A stretch of DNA of 64,000 nt, taken from contig NW_026867526.1 of NCBI RefSeq assembly GCF_020745735.1, forward strand, positions 660,416 through 724,415, in the 5' to 3' direction. A program made the translations under genes and the position numbers. Under the pieces are notes generated by a model, which ran no database searches, had not been told where the DNA came from, and worked only from the letters and a program-made list of their open reading frames with translations. Source of the stretch: Hemiscyllium ocellatum (taxonomy: Eukaryota). This document shows, piece by piece, positions 24,714 to 38,699 of this stretch; the stretch's first letter is position 1; each line of letters starts with the position of its first letter.

Positions 24714-26109
24714 ATTACGTATAATGTTCAGGACCTGCGGAATTGGGTGTGTTAAATGTGATGTTAAAGCTGAGTTTCCCATCTGTGAACTCTCTCTCTG
24801 TAAAACAAGTTTATCCCCTTCATTACTACAGCTCCCAACACCAGCTCTCCCTTCAGTTCTCCTGAAATTCTAAATTTGGACTAATGCAATAATGTGGCTT
24901 TCTCTCACTTGTTTCTGAAAGTAAACTCGGATGATTTTGAATAACTGGACTTTACTAGCCAAACTTGTTCCTACGCTATCATTTACGACTTTTAACCCAT
25001 GGGAAATGTGTTACCAGCTTCAATGACCATTAGAATGCTCTGACCACTTCTCTGGAGTCAATTCTAACAATTAGTCAATTATTAATAGATTGTATCTAAA
25101 CAGGATGCCCCCACAACAGTAGGTGCTCTGACACTCAATGCCTGTAGGTTAAGTTCTTTTTCTTAAAGCCCCTCATGTGTCTGGCAATCTGGCAATACAA
25201 TTGAAGATAGTTTATACAGTAACCTGACAGTTTCAATTGCCAATTGCAATCCATGAAGCAGTCAGTAACATGCCCCAGTGAATTGAATTCTCACAGCAGC
25301 TTTGCCCTGTCAGGAGAGATTGAGGAGCATGAAGCTGAGTTCTCTGGAGGACGGAAATATGAAACACTTGAAATGAACAAAATTCTTCAAGAGTCCAATA
25401 GGATAGATACAGGATGATGAGCTCCCTGGCTGATATGTCTTGAATGAAATAAGCACGAGCTGCGGGATCTTTACCCAGCATCCCCTTTCGCTGCATAAAT
25501 GTTTAAGATTTATTTGGTGCTCTAATTCCACTCTCTTGTTGACTCCCACTTGTAGTTGCTGTAATGTTGGTGGCCGTGCAAATTGGTAACATTTGATACA
25601 ATCTATCCTGAAACCTCTCTGTGTCTGTGTCTCGCTTTTGTTCACTGAGACCCTCGTTCAGTCTGACGTCTTTCCAAACGTCTTTCCTGATATTTCCCCA
25701 GAGGGCCTTCGAGGGCTCAGAGTGAAATGTTCACAGAATTGTTACTGGGCAAAAGGAGGCTGATTGGCTCATCAGCTCTCCAAAGGATCCCCTCACTGAA
25801 TGCTGCTCTTCTACCTTTACCCCATAAACCTTCCCATTCGCTCTCTCCCAGTAACTGTTCAATTCTATTCTCTTCATTGTACGTGGCTCCACCACACTCT
25901 TTGGCAGTGCATTCCTGACCATAAACATTCTCTGCATGAAAGCGTTTTGTCTCATGTCACATGTGCTTCTTTTGTCAATCCCTTTACATCGCTGCCTCCT
26001 CATTATTGATTCTTTCATGAATGTGAACAGTTTAACCCGATCAACTCTCACTAAATCCCTCTTGGAGGTATCTGTACCCACCCCGGGATGGTGAACATCA
26101 TCTCTCCCG

Positions 26110-26305
<196 letters not shown>

Positions 26306-29300
26306 GATTTGTTTTGGTTGTTCATGGGATCACGGCATCACTTGCTGGGGCAGCATTTGTCATCCATTCTAACTGCCCAGGAGATGGTTCAGTGTCAACC
26401 CCATTATTCAGGGTCTGGATTCACATGTCGGCTGGACCAGGTCAGAATTAACAGTTTCCCAGGCCCAATGACATGAAGAGTTGATTTCTGGCCTATTATT
26501 TCTAAAATGATAATGAATAATTTTTGCAGTTGAATTAAAAGTGAAAGACCAAAATGGGTTTTATTCTGATTGAGCACTTCCTCCTGTTTTCTCAGTTGTT
26601 GTTGACAATCTCATTCCCCTCCCACCAGAACCTGTTCCAGAGAGTGTTCCAGAAAAGGCAGAATGGTCAGCTGCAGCTGGTCACCTGACTGGGCACTGGG
26701 CCCAAAGGTTCACTCTCCACAGATGCTGCCAGACCTGCTGAATATTTCCAGCAATTTCTGTTTTTGTTTCTGATTTCCCAGCATTTGCAGATGATTAGTT
26801 TTTCAATATTCATCTTGTCTGTTGGAGAGGAGTTTATTGAGGAGTTTGGAGAGTTTAGAAAATTGCAAGTTTGGCCACAAATCAGCCATGATCATATTGA
26901 ATGGCCGAGCAGGGTTGAGGGGCTGAATGGCCTCCTCCTGTTCCAGTGAAAGTTGTCCATCTGCAGCTTGTGGCAACATTTCCCCTCACTGTTCACTTCA
27001 CCTCCATGTCTAACACACTGTTACTGACTGAACAAACCTCCTGTGTTTGAACTAAACCTGCGCATGTTCAGTGGCTCCCTCTCCTGCCACCCGGGTTTAA
27101 CTCTCATCATGGAATGCTGTCTCATATTACTGCGGGAATACCCACAAAGGACTCAGCCTGGAGTCTGTATCCCCTGGGATCCACAAACCCTGTTTATTTC
27201 CTCCTTCCTCTTTCATTCTGGCGATTGAACTCTCGGTTTCAATCCAATCTCCTGTCATGCTCTTCAACATGCCCATGTGGGTGGGCTAGAGGCAGCTGGG
27301 ATTTAATGAAGGGAAGTGGGGATTAGGCAGAAGCGCGAGGAAAGGTGACAGCAAAGACAGTTCTCATTGTAATGGCAGAGTTTCTCCGTGACCCAGTGAG
27401 TGGTGAGGCACCTGAGATTGTGGGGGAGGCAGATTCAATCAGAAATTTGGGAAAACACTCAGACACTGACCTGACCATCTGATTGTTAACTCAGACAGAT
27501 AGACATAAATAAATATGCACATATAGATAACACCTTTGATGGCCTGGGGCAAGGAAACATGCTTCCAACCCAATTATTTCAACCTCGACTCTCTGAAAAC
27601 ACAGGCACAAAGCTTCCTGCTTGTACCAGGTTGTCTCTCAGCCTCCTCTTTTCTTGAGAAAAGCATTTTAAGCTGTTTAGCCATTCCTGGTGATTGTAAC
27701 CTCTGTGTTCTTGTAAGATGTATGACTGAACCTTTATTTTCCTGTTCCCTGTGAGCGACATCAGCAGCAGAAACAGGTCCTGACCTGTGAGGGGTTTCAG
27801 TTCCAGTATTTGTATTTACAAATTCATTCTCACCCTCACATACAGTGTGAAATTGCTGTAAAACTGAAGGAAAGGAGTGAGTGAGCGCATACAGAAACAC
27901 CAAGGCAGCATGTGTACCTGAGCTAAATGACCTGGCATGAGGAAAACATGACCACAATCGCAACTAGTTAGAATCACAGAATCCCGTAGGTGCAGAAAGA
28001 GGCTATTCTGTCCATCGAGCCCGCAATGACCTGCTCTCCCACCCTACCTCCAAAACCTTACATTAACCATGACTAACCCAACCCGCTGAACCTGCACACT
28101 ACAGACCATGTTAGCACGGCCAATAGAGAAAACCTGTACATCTGTGGGCGGGTCACAGATTACATCCAAATGCTCGGAATTGTGGATGAAGGCTCACGGA
28201 TATTTGACTCTGACACAAATGCTCTGTCTTTAAAAATAAAATCTGGGGGAAACTGCAACCAGAAAGATTTCCAATTATCTCTGGAGGAAGAGAATTCAAA
28301 ACTCATGCCATTGACCCAGGGGGGCGCAGTGAAGTCACAGAGGCCTGGGAACCATCAGAAATGTAACAGGTTGTGACTAAAGTGGGGGTGAGACCAGGAC
28401 AAAAAGTCAGTCTGCAGGAGAGATTAAACAGCTGAAATAGTCGTCTCTCAAGGCCACGGGGAATGGAGTTATGGCTGTGAAAGAAACCAGGAAACAAGGT
28501 GTGCAGCTATCAATGAAAAAACAGATTATAACACATCGGGCCAAGTTCAGAGTCTGAAATTGTTGCTGTCATTGGTGAGTACAGAATGCTGTAAAACCTG
28601 GATAATTCTATTACAGCCAAAACATACAGGATGGGCCAAGTGGCCTATATCTGTGCTGCAACTTTCTGATAAATTTATTCTGACATTTGGAATTCAAATC
28701 TGATGATGCTCATAAATTCTCAAATTGGACTTGAGTTTAATATTCTGGAGAAATGACCAATAACTCACATTGATCCCATTCTGCAGACTTTAGACCACAG
28801 CCCTGCATGTTCCAGCATTTCAGTTACATCCATGTCCTCTTACTCAAATGTGATGCTGGTTACTGCCTCTGCCACCCCATCGGTGAGATCCTGCTCCCCA
28901 CCATCTCCGAGTGAAATGAATTCTCCCCTCCCCCTTCTTTCTGAGAATTAGTTGCAATCTAAAACCTCCAGTTTCTGACCTCTCTGTTAATGAATAGCTC
29001 CTTCCTATTCATTCGGTCTGTATTCCTCAGCATTTTATCACTTCAATTAAATCTCAGCTCATCCTACTCGGAAATCCTCCCCGGCCTATCCAATCTTTCC
29101 TCAGAGCGAAAGTTCTCTAATTGTAGAAACATTCTGATCAATCTCCTCTGTACCCTCTCTGGTGTGATCACATCAACCTTGGAATGTGGGGATCAGAAGT
29201 GTGTGCAGTACTTTAACCGCAGTCAAACTAGTGTTCCTGACATTTCCCGTGTCACCTCCACGTTCTTGTGGTTGTCGCTCACACAAGAAGTGTCTTGGTT

Positions 29301-29514
29301 TTCCCACATGGAACTGGATGTGCACTCCATGGGGCTGGGATTCCCTATCATGTGTTTATTTGTTAACTAACTATCCTAAATTAGCTTCAGACTAAAACAA
29401 GATTATCAGCTACCCACCAATCAACTTCTTCCATTATAGGTTAAAATCTTCGAGTAAAAAATGAGGTCTGCAGATGCTGGAGATCAGAGCTGAAAAAAAT
29501 GCTAGAGTCTTTAA

Positions 29515-32290
29515 AAAAGAATGTTACAGCAGAAAACTGAGAATGGCTTTACAAAATGGAAATCTTGCCTGATAAATGTATTGGAATTCTTGGTGAAAAT
29601 GGAGGAAACCGTGATTGTAATATGTTTTGATTTTCTGAAGGTGTTTGATAGCACCCATGCATAAGATTACTGAATGAGAAAGGAGTCTTGACTTTGGAGG
29701 GACTGTATTAACGTGGAGAGAGGATTTTTGAAATCCCAATCAGAAAAGTTTGATGAAGTGTTTTATTTTACAGGATGTCAAAGTGTGGAGTACCACATAA
29801 ATCTGTTCTGGGGGAGAAAAAAAATTTTCCAAGTATTTTGATGACTTAGATGAGGAAAGTGAATATATTGTAGACTAGTTTGTGAATGACACAAAAATTG
29901 GAGCGGAGACAAGTGGTGAGTATGACACAAAAAGAAGTTTGTGGAGCGATACAGATAGGACGGGAGTGAACAAGGAGCTTTGCACATTAACGTAATGTGG
30001 ATTAAATAAATGAGAACAGACATAAACAGTGAACTTGTGCACTTTAACAGGCAAGATAGAGATTGAATTCAGAAATCTACAGGAAGTCTGCATCTCCGAA
30101 CCACAAAAAGTTAGCTTTTAATTTCAACTGTCAATAAAGATGGCAAATGTCATTTTTTTTAGATTAGATTAGACTTACAGTGTGGAAACAGGCCCTTCGG
30201 CCCAACAAGTCCACACCGACCCGCCGAAGCGCAACCCACCCATACCCCTACATTTACCCTTTACCTAACACTACGGGCAATTTAGCTTGGCCAATTCACC
30301 TGACCCGCACATCTTTGTGACTGTGGGAGGAAACCGGAGCACCCGGAGGAAACCCACGCAGACACGGGGAGAACGTGCAAACTCCACACAGTCAGTCGCC
30401 TGAGTCGGGAATTGAACCCGGGTCTACAGGCGGTGTGAGGTAGCAGTGCTAACCACTGTGCCGCTGTGCTGCCCACTAATGTTGGAGTTTGTTTAAAAAC
30501 TAATGGAATATTGAGATTAGGAACAGTCAGATAGAGCAGCGAATGTGTAGCTGAGGAGCTGCTGCAGGGGTTAGGATTCCCATTTTTCAATCATTGGGAT
30601 CTCTTCAGGGATAGAAATGACCTAAATAAGAGGGACCTGAATTGGAAGGGGACCGATATTCTTGTGGGGAAATTTGCTAGCAGTATGCTGAAGGTTTTAA
30701 ATTAGTAAGGGGGATGGTGGGAACCAACAAGATAGTGAGAAAAGAGAAATGTTTGAGGTGAGATGCGGTGAGCAATTCTAGGGGTCAAGGCAGACAACAG
30801 TTTGGCAAGAGCAAGGTAAGACTGCTAAACTGCATTTACTTCGATGCAAGAGATCTGACATGTGAGACAGATGAACATAGGGCATAGATGGGAATGTGGG
30901 ACAAGGATAACATTCCCATTACAGAAATGTGGGTCAGGGATGAACAGGACTGGCAACTTAATGTTCCAGGATACAGATGTTATAGAATGTATAGACAGAG
31001 GAGCAAGAGAGGAGATGGAGTGGTGTTTTGGTGAGAAAGAACATTACAGCTGGATGTAGAGAGGATATTTCTTGGAGACTGCCCAGTGAAGTTATATGGA
31101 TGAAACTTAAAAATAAGAAAGAGGTGATGACCTTGCTGGGATTGTAAAATGGGCCTCCTGATAGTCAGTGGGAAATTTACAAGCGATTATGCTATCTGTA
31201 AGGATTGAGGATAATGGTAGGGAATTTTAACTTTCCAAACCGAATTTGGGGGAATGTTAAGATCTTGGAATGTGGAGAAATTGGTTAAGTGTGTACAAGA
31301 AAACGTTGTTATTCAATATGTGGATGCACCTACTGGACAGTTCGCAATTCTTGACCTTCTGTTGGGAATCAAGGCAGGACAAGTGACTGAGGTGTCTGTA
31401 GGGGCACACTTCAGGGAAAGTGATCATAATTCTATTGGTTTAATAATAATGATGAGAAAGGATAGAATTGATTTAAAAATGAAAGTTTCAAATTGGAATG
31501 TGGCCAGTTTCAATGGTAGAAGACTTTGAGAAGTTGGTTGAGGGAGATTATTCTCAGGTAAAGGGACGGCTGACAAGTGGGAGGCCTTTAAGAATGAGAC
31601 AATGAGAGTTCAGTGATGGTATGTTTCTGTTTGTGTGAAGGGCAAGGCATGGGAAAAGCTCAATGATGAGGGAAATTGCAACTCCTGTCCAGAAAACGAA
31701 GGGGGCATTCATCAGATATAGACAGCTGGGATTGAGTGAATCCTGAGAAGGGGATAAGGGCAGTCGGAGTATCCTTAACCAGGAAATCATGAGGGAAAAA
31801 AGGGGGCATGAAATTGCTTTGGCACATAGAATTAAGGAGAATCCGAAAAGATTCTAAAATTATTTGAAGGTTAAAAGAATAACTAAGGAGAGAATACAGC
31901 CCTTAAAGATCAACATGGCTTTCCATACATGGAACCACAGGAGATGGCTGAGACACTAAGCAAATATTTTGTATCAATATTTACAGTAGACAGGAGCATA
32001 GAAGCTAAGGAACTTGGGAAATAAATAATGTGATCTTAAAATGAGTTCATCTTACAGAAGAGGAGGTGTTGGAGGTCTTAAAGTAGAAAAATGGAAATAA
32101 ATCCTGGAGACCTGGTTAGGTTTTCTCAGAACTTTGTGGGAAGCTAGGGAAGAGATTCGTGGACCCCTTGCTGAGATATTTGTATCGTTGATAATCATAG
32201 ATGAGATGCCAGAAGACTGGAGAGTGACTAATGTGGCAGCATTATTGAAGAAAGTTGTATGGAAAAGCCAGGGAACCATAAACTGGTGAG
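29515..32290 (+). mobile_element. Decayed CR1 fragments: RT (29515-30530, SINE-interrupted), then ORF1 esterase C-terminus and APE endonuclease region
   Basis: FDFLKVFDS RT motif; HWDLFRDRNDL..LNWKGTDILVGKF (SGNH-esterase-like); CIYFDARDL endonuclease start; GQFAILDLLLG, SDHNSI. Confidence 0.78.
30158..30474 (-). mobile_element. Young full-length V-SINE
   Basis: (agatt)n tail through to the gctgcccac head; near-identical to the copies at 33886, 47443 and 50277. Confidence 0.93.
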
Positions 32291-32419
32291 CCTTTCACAC
32301 CAGAGATGCTGCCAGACCTTCTGAACATTTCCAGCAGTTTCTGTTTTTGTTTCTGATACACAGCACCCACAGTTCTTTCAGTTTTTACTTAGTAGTCAGA
32401 GAGCATTACGTTTTGGATG

Positions 32420-33660
32420 GGAGGCCTGTTAGAACATAACAAAATCCAAACATTAGAAATACGATCAGGAGTAGACCATCTGACCCCATGAGTCTGCTCT
32501 GCCTTTCAATAACATCATGGATCATCTTTCAATGGACTAAGATTCCACTTACCCACCCGCTCACTATAACCCTCCATTCCTTTACTGTTAAAGAATCTAT
32601 TTTCACCTTTAAAACATTCAACAGGTTGGCCTCAGCTGCTTCGCTAGGCAGGGAATTCCACAGCTTCACAACCCTTTGGGTGAAGATGTTGATCCTCAAC
32701 TCAGTCTTAAATCTGTTGCCCTTATTTTAATGTTATGCCCCATCGTTCTAATTTCACCCACCAGTGGAAATAGCCTCCCTGCTTCTGTCTTATCTATCCC
32801 ATTTATAATTTTACAAACCCCCTTCCACATTCTTCTGAATTCCAATGAGTATACTCCCAGTCTGCTCAATCTCTCCTCACAAGCCAACCCCTCATTTCCA
32901 GAATCAACGTAATCAACCTCCTCAGCAAGCCCCACCCCAGTGCCATCTCATGTAAGGTGATGAAAAGTGTACAGAGTACTCCAGGCATGGTCACACCAGC
33001 GCCCGAGACAGCTGCAATAGAAAGTCCTAATTTTAAACTCTATCCACAGCCAATGAAGGACATTATTCCATTTGTCTTCCTAATTAGCTACTGTACCTGC
33101 AAACCATACTGTTTTGTTTCATGCACAAGAACAGCCAAGTCCCCCTGCACAACAGCTTTCTGTTTGTTATTATTCCTACCAAAATGGATGACCTCACGTT
33201 TACTAACATTGTACTCCATCTGCCAGACTCTTGCCCACTCACTTAACCTATCTATATCCACCTGCACACTTTGCTCTATCACTCATTTAAGTGCCTTCTG
33301 CGAACTACAACACACTACACTTGGATCTCTAACTCGAAGCAATCTACCTGAATTGTAAACAATTGCAGTCCCAACACTCATCCCTGAGACACACCGCTCG
33401 CCACTGATTGCCAACCAGAAAAACACCCATTTATCCCCACGTTTTGCATTCTGTTAGTTAACCAGTTTTCTGTCCATGCCAATGCATTGCCCGTAACACT
33501 GTGCATCTTTATCTTATGCAGCAGCCTTTTGTGCAGCACCTTGCTGAATGCCTTTTGGAAATCCAGATACACCACGTTCACCAGTTCCCCATTGTCTACC
33601 ACGCTCATTATGACCTCAAAGAATTCCAATTAATCAGTTAAACATGACCTGCCTTTCATG
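32420..33660 (-). mobile_element. CR1 LINE RT fragment, antisense
   Basis: ORF 33378..33629 (VVYLDFQKAFSKVLHKRLL...SGVSQG); QVDIDRLSEWARVWQMEYNVSK. Confidence 0.9.
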
Positions 33661-35345
33661 AACCCAAGCTTTATTAAATAAATGTGAGGTGCTGCATTTT
33701 TGTAAGGCAAACCAGGGCAAGACTTATACAATTAATGGCTGGGCCTTTGGGAGTGTTGCTGAGCAAAGAAACCAAAGGGAGCAGATGCATCATTCCTTGA
33801 AAGTGGAGTTGCAGGTAGACAGGGTGGGGAAGAAGGTGTTTGTCACGCTTTCCTTCATTAGTCTTAACATTAAGTGTAGGAGTCGAGATTAGATTACTTA
33901 CAGTGTGGAAACAGGCCCTTCGGCCCAACAAGTCCACACCGACCCGCCGAAGCGAAACCCACCCATACTCCTACCCTTACATTTGCCCCCTACCTAACAC
34001 TACGGGCAATTTAGCATGGCCAATTCACCTGGCCTGCACATCTTTGGACTGTGGGAGGAAACCGGAGCACCCGGAGGAAACCCACGCAGACACGGGGAGA
34101 ACGTGCAAACTCCACACAGTCAGTCGCCTGAGGTGGGAATTGAACCTGGGTCTCTGGCGCTGTGAGGCAGCAGTGCTAACCACTGTGCCACCGTGCCGCC
34201 AACCACCATGTCATATCTCAGTTGTACAGAACATTTGTGAGGCCACGTTTAGAATTATTACAGACAAATCTGGCTGAACATTTCTATGAAGGATTTTGTG
34301 AAACTTGAGGAGATGTAGAAACGATTTCCAAGAATGATGCTGGAACTGGAGTGTTTAAGGTATAAGGTGAAGCTGAATAGACTGGGGCTTTTCTTTTCCC
34401 TACAGTGAGAGGAAAGGAGGCTGAGGAGTGGCCTGAACAAGACCCTATAAAACCATGCAGGGCATTGATATGGTGAATAGCCAAGGCCTTTTTCCTCGAG
34501 TGGGAGAGTCCAAAACTAGAGGACAGCAGATTAAGGTGAGAGGAGAAACGTTTGAAAAGAACCTGAGGGGTAACCTTTTCACGTGTATGTATGGAAACAG
34601 CTGCCAGTGGTAGTGGTGGAGGTGGGTTCAATTACTGCATTTAAAAGGCACCTGGATGGGTGTATGAACAGGGAACATTTAGAGAAGGATAGGCCAAATG
34701 TCTGGCAAATGGTACTCAGTCAGGTTGGGATATCTGGTCAGTGCAGTTGGACCGAAGGGTCTGTTTCTGTGCTGGATATCTGTATGACTATAATGTTTGT
34801 TTAAACTGAAAGCTCTATTTTTACGACAGCTGGAATACTGTGGACTGTTCTTGGGACTCTTATCACAAAGAAAAGGTACACTGGACTGTGAGACAATCCA
34901 CATGAGGTTTAGCCAACTGATCCTGAGGATGGAGGGACTGTCTTGAGAGTAAAGACTGAGTCGTTTGGGCCTATACTCATTAGAACATAGAAGATTCAGT
35001 GGTGACATTCTGAAACATCGATTATTTTCAGGAAACTTGATGGTGTAAATGCAGAAATGTTGTTTCCCCTTGTGGGAGAGGTTCGGACCAGTGAGTAAAA
35101 TCTCTGAATTAGAGGTCACAAATGTCAGGCAGAACAGAAGTTTGTCTCCCAGAATGTAGTGAATCTGTGGAATTTGTTTCCATAGAACACTGTCGAGGCT
35201 GGGTCATTCAGTATTTTGAAGGCTGAAATGGGCAGGTTTTGATTTGGGAATTGAATCAATGGTTACAGTTAAACGCTGAAAAGTGGAGGTGAGGATTATC
35301 AGCTCAGCTATGATGTCATTGTTTGGCTGAACAGACTGCTTCTGG
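33660..35345 (+). mobile_element. Two tandem CR1 3' fragments
   Basis: KCEVLHFCK, gaggccac...aactggagtg, and 3' tails near 34790 and 35340. Confidence 0.78.
33886..34200 (-). mobile_element. Young full-length V-SINE inserted in a CR1 fragment
   Basis: Same consensus as 30158; CR1 RT sequence resumes on both sides. Confidence 0.92.
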
Positions 35346-37739
35346 TTCCCTCTCATTGACTTTTGCTCGAAGTTAGTCTTTTCAGAATTATATAGGTCTC
35401 ATCGAAATTACCCTCCATTTCATGTTTGAAGCCCAGCTGCTTCAATCCCTCCTCATCATGAAAAAAGACAGGGATCATCTTTCTCACTGTTTGATGGCAT
35501 TGCATTCTGCCTCTAATGCAGTGACTACATTTTTCGTCCTCCAGTTCTGTTGAATATTTGTCAAACACAACCACGGCTGTCACAGAAAAGGTTAAAGACA
35601 GATCAAAACTACATTTAAACTACCATATCAAGCACACTGTCGGCATGTGTTGCATGGAATACACACACATTGCATATTAAAGCTCTCTCAGTACTCATCC
35701 ATTAAACACTGCAAGGGTTGTTTAGAGATGGTTTGCTTATGTGTGTGTGTATGTCTGTGCCTGTAGATGATAATCTACTTGTATACCAAAGTTTCGATGC
35801 ATCTTGTTGTTCCCTTTTTATTCTGATATCAAGCATTTCAAAATCAGGAAGACAGTGGGTAGGAGTTCAAGCCCCTTTACACAGCTACATCAAATGTTTT
35901 CCGTGATTGTACAGCTCATGTAATGTGCTGGGTAAATCTCCCTCTATATTGTGTTGTCCAATGCAATCATGTCAAATATATTTTGGTTTAGACACAGAGT
36001 AGAGCTGCTTCCAGGATTCCGGAAAAGAAAATCCTCCCAGAGTCAATAAATACAGAAATATTTACAGAATAAATTGACCTCTACAATATTAAACCTTCCA
36101 TGAGATGTGCAGTGTAAGGTTAATTATAGACTAAATATGCATTACACTGAACCATTAAACATTCCTCAGACAAGAATAATAGTGCAGAGATACAATGAAA
36201 ACACTAGCACAGTCAAGTCTTGCAGCCTTATTCCTATCAAGCATTTCCAGATCACTCAATACTCAGACAGATTTTTGAGAAAATCTTGCTGTCCTGGCTC
36301 AAATCTCTCGAAAGAAATGGATGAATTTGGCTGAGAGGCAATGTTGGTGAGGTGTTGGCTTCATGTTATTGAGGAAAACATTGTCCGATTGTGGAGAGGC
36401 AAAACAAGGCATCAGAGATAAAGGAAAAAGGGGAAAGGCAGGAGGGGAAGAGAGAAAAAGAGACACAGAAATATTAGCTGTGCCAATGTATCTCTTAATT
36501 ATAGTTTTTTGACTGAACATGACAATTGATACCTCTGTCATTCAACAATCATACAATATGTATTAAAATGTCCTAACATCAATTAGTATTGGAATCCATT
36601 GAGTTATTTGCATTTTTTCCACAATTCGTGTGCTGTGCTTGTGGGGAAATATAAATTAGGGTTTTGTGGTTCTGTAATCTATTCTGAGAATTCTATTTCT
36701 GTGTTTATTTACATAAATGCTTAATTGACTTCAAGGAAGTGATGATGGCAGCAAAGCCAGGTGAATGAAGTGATTTGGTGGTAAGTTTCAAATCGAAACA
36801 AGTTTATTTTAAGAATGTTGACCATTTGCAGAAGTGAATAAAAATTTATGAAGGTGAATTGCAACAGATTTTATTTATTTCTGAAACATACACAATTTAA
36901 AACTTTTATTTAGGTTAATAATTCAGTGCTGAACATTCTGCAAATTTAGAATATTCACGTGAAATACTTGAAATGACATCAGGAATTGCCACAACAATTA
37001 CATTTAATTGATATAGTTGTTATGAGGTTTCATTACATGTATTATTTAATGGTAAGGGTCAGCAATGAGTCCCTATCCCCAACTGCCCATTGAATAGCTT
37101 GCTAAATCCACTTCAGAACACAGTCAATTACTTCCCAGTGGGTCTGGAATCTCATGTTGGCCAGACCATGTAAAGGTGACAGATGCCTTGTCATTCGTGA
37201 ACCAGCTGTTTTTGTATTTTTCCATTGACTCGGGATACATGGTCACCATTTGCCTTCCTTTCTGATTCCAGGATTTCTTTAAATTCACATTTCACCCTGG
37301 GCAAACGATGATATTCCAAACCCTGGCCATCTAACATCAAACTGGAGTTCGAGAATACTGGTCCCATGATATCATCACTGTGATCCGAATGTTGGCAATG
37401 TACAGAAAGCACAGAAATGCAATAAATCTGACACTTCACATCATGAACAAATATTGGAGTGAAATACTGGCAAGAACTCTCTTGCTGTTCACAGCAGCAT
37501 CACAGGAGACTTTGCATCCAATCACCAATCTAAAATCTGTACCGGACTCTGTCTGAAGAGCCTGACTCACCGTAATTAGCATTTGTTGAATTCTTCACTG
37601 AATTATGAAAACGTTAGTCACATATCCCAAGAAGGTGGCCATCAGCTCCCTTTTTGAAGGCCTGCCATCTTGTTCGGCTAATTATGGTTGATCTTTCTTA
37701 AGAAGCTTTATTCCAACAAAATGGCTTCTCAGTCGAGAC

Positions 37740-37952
37740 TGTAGTGCTGGAAAAGTACAGCAGGTCAGGCAGCATCTGAGGAGCTGGAGAATCGATGTTT
37801 TGGGCATAAGGCCTTCATGAAGATACCTGATGTAGTTGTTATGGCTGGAACATTGATTCTCCTGCTCCTTGGATGCTGCCTGACCTGCTGTGCTTTTCCA
37901 GCACTACACTCTCAACTCAGATCTCCAGCACCTGCAGTCCTCACTTTCTCCT
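37740..37952. mobile_element. Fold-back Penelope-derived short element (older)
   Basis: gtagtgctggaaaag...gagaatcga is mirrored by ttgattctcc...cttttccagcactac. Confidence 0.75.
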
Positions 37953-38599
37953 GATGGGTTTCTAAGTCAGGTTCGGCACAGGAAAGGAACCATCGCCTTT
38001 TGTTGAACAGGTCGGGCAGGCCAGGTAGGAAGGTCACACATCCTCCTCTGAAGGACAATACTGAACCATGTAACATGCTTCAAAACTTTGGTAGGTCTGT
38101 GATTCTCATTCGTTACTTCAGCAGTTTCGTTTCATACTCTTTCATTAATTGAAGCTACTATGGTAGAGATTGATTCTGGAACTTTACTCCAAACCTTTTG
38201 ATTGCTTATTACATACTCATAATGCCTCCTTAACCACTTTCTCAAACTGTCATATTAGCTTCAATGATTGTTTTATTGACTCATGGAACACGTTGGTTGC
38301 TTTTAGTTGTCGGTAGGTGTCCTTCAGAAGATGGCAGAAAGCTGACTTTCTGAAATAACATCTTCCAAAATGACCTGAGGAAGGGAATTCCAGATTTTGA
38401 CCCAGTTACAGTGAAACATCGATGATATATTTCCATGTCAGGATGCCGAGTAGTTTAGAGAGGAGCTTACAGTGGTGCTGTTCCCATGTATCTGCTGTTC
38501 TTATCCATCGAGATGCAGGTGGTAGAGGGAAGGTACTGTGTAAGGAAGTGGCTAAGTTACTGCAGTGCAGTATTTTAGACAGTGCATACGGCAGGTATG

Positions 38600-38690
38600 C
38601 CTGAAGAAGGGCTTATGCCCGAAACATCGATTCTCCTGCTCCTTGGATGCTGCCTGACCTCCTGCGCTTTTCTAGCAACACATTTTTCAG
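38600..38690 (+). mobile_element. Penelope-derived terminal fragment with a hammerhead-like core
   Basis: ctgaagaagggcttatgcccgaaacatcgattctcc...ttttctagcaacacattttcagc; a further partial copy lies at ~8450-8535. Confidence 0.7.
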
Positions 38691-38699
38691 CATATGGCA

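Noticed and set aside
33840-34277. Long ORFs over SINEs (also 50258..50587, 30282..30590, 47465..47971)
   Set aside because: They are antisense or sense translations of the V-SINE consensus recurring at every copy.
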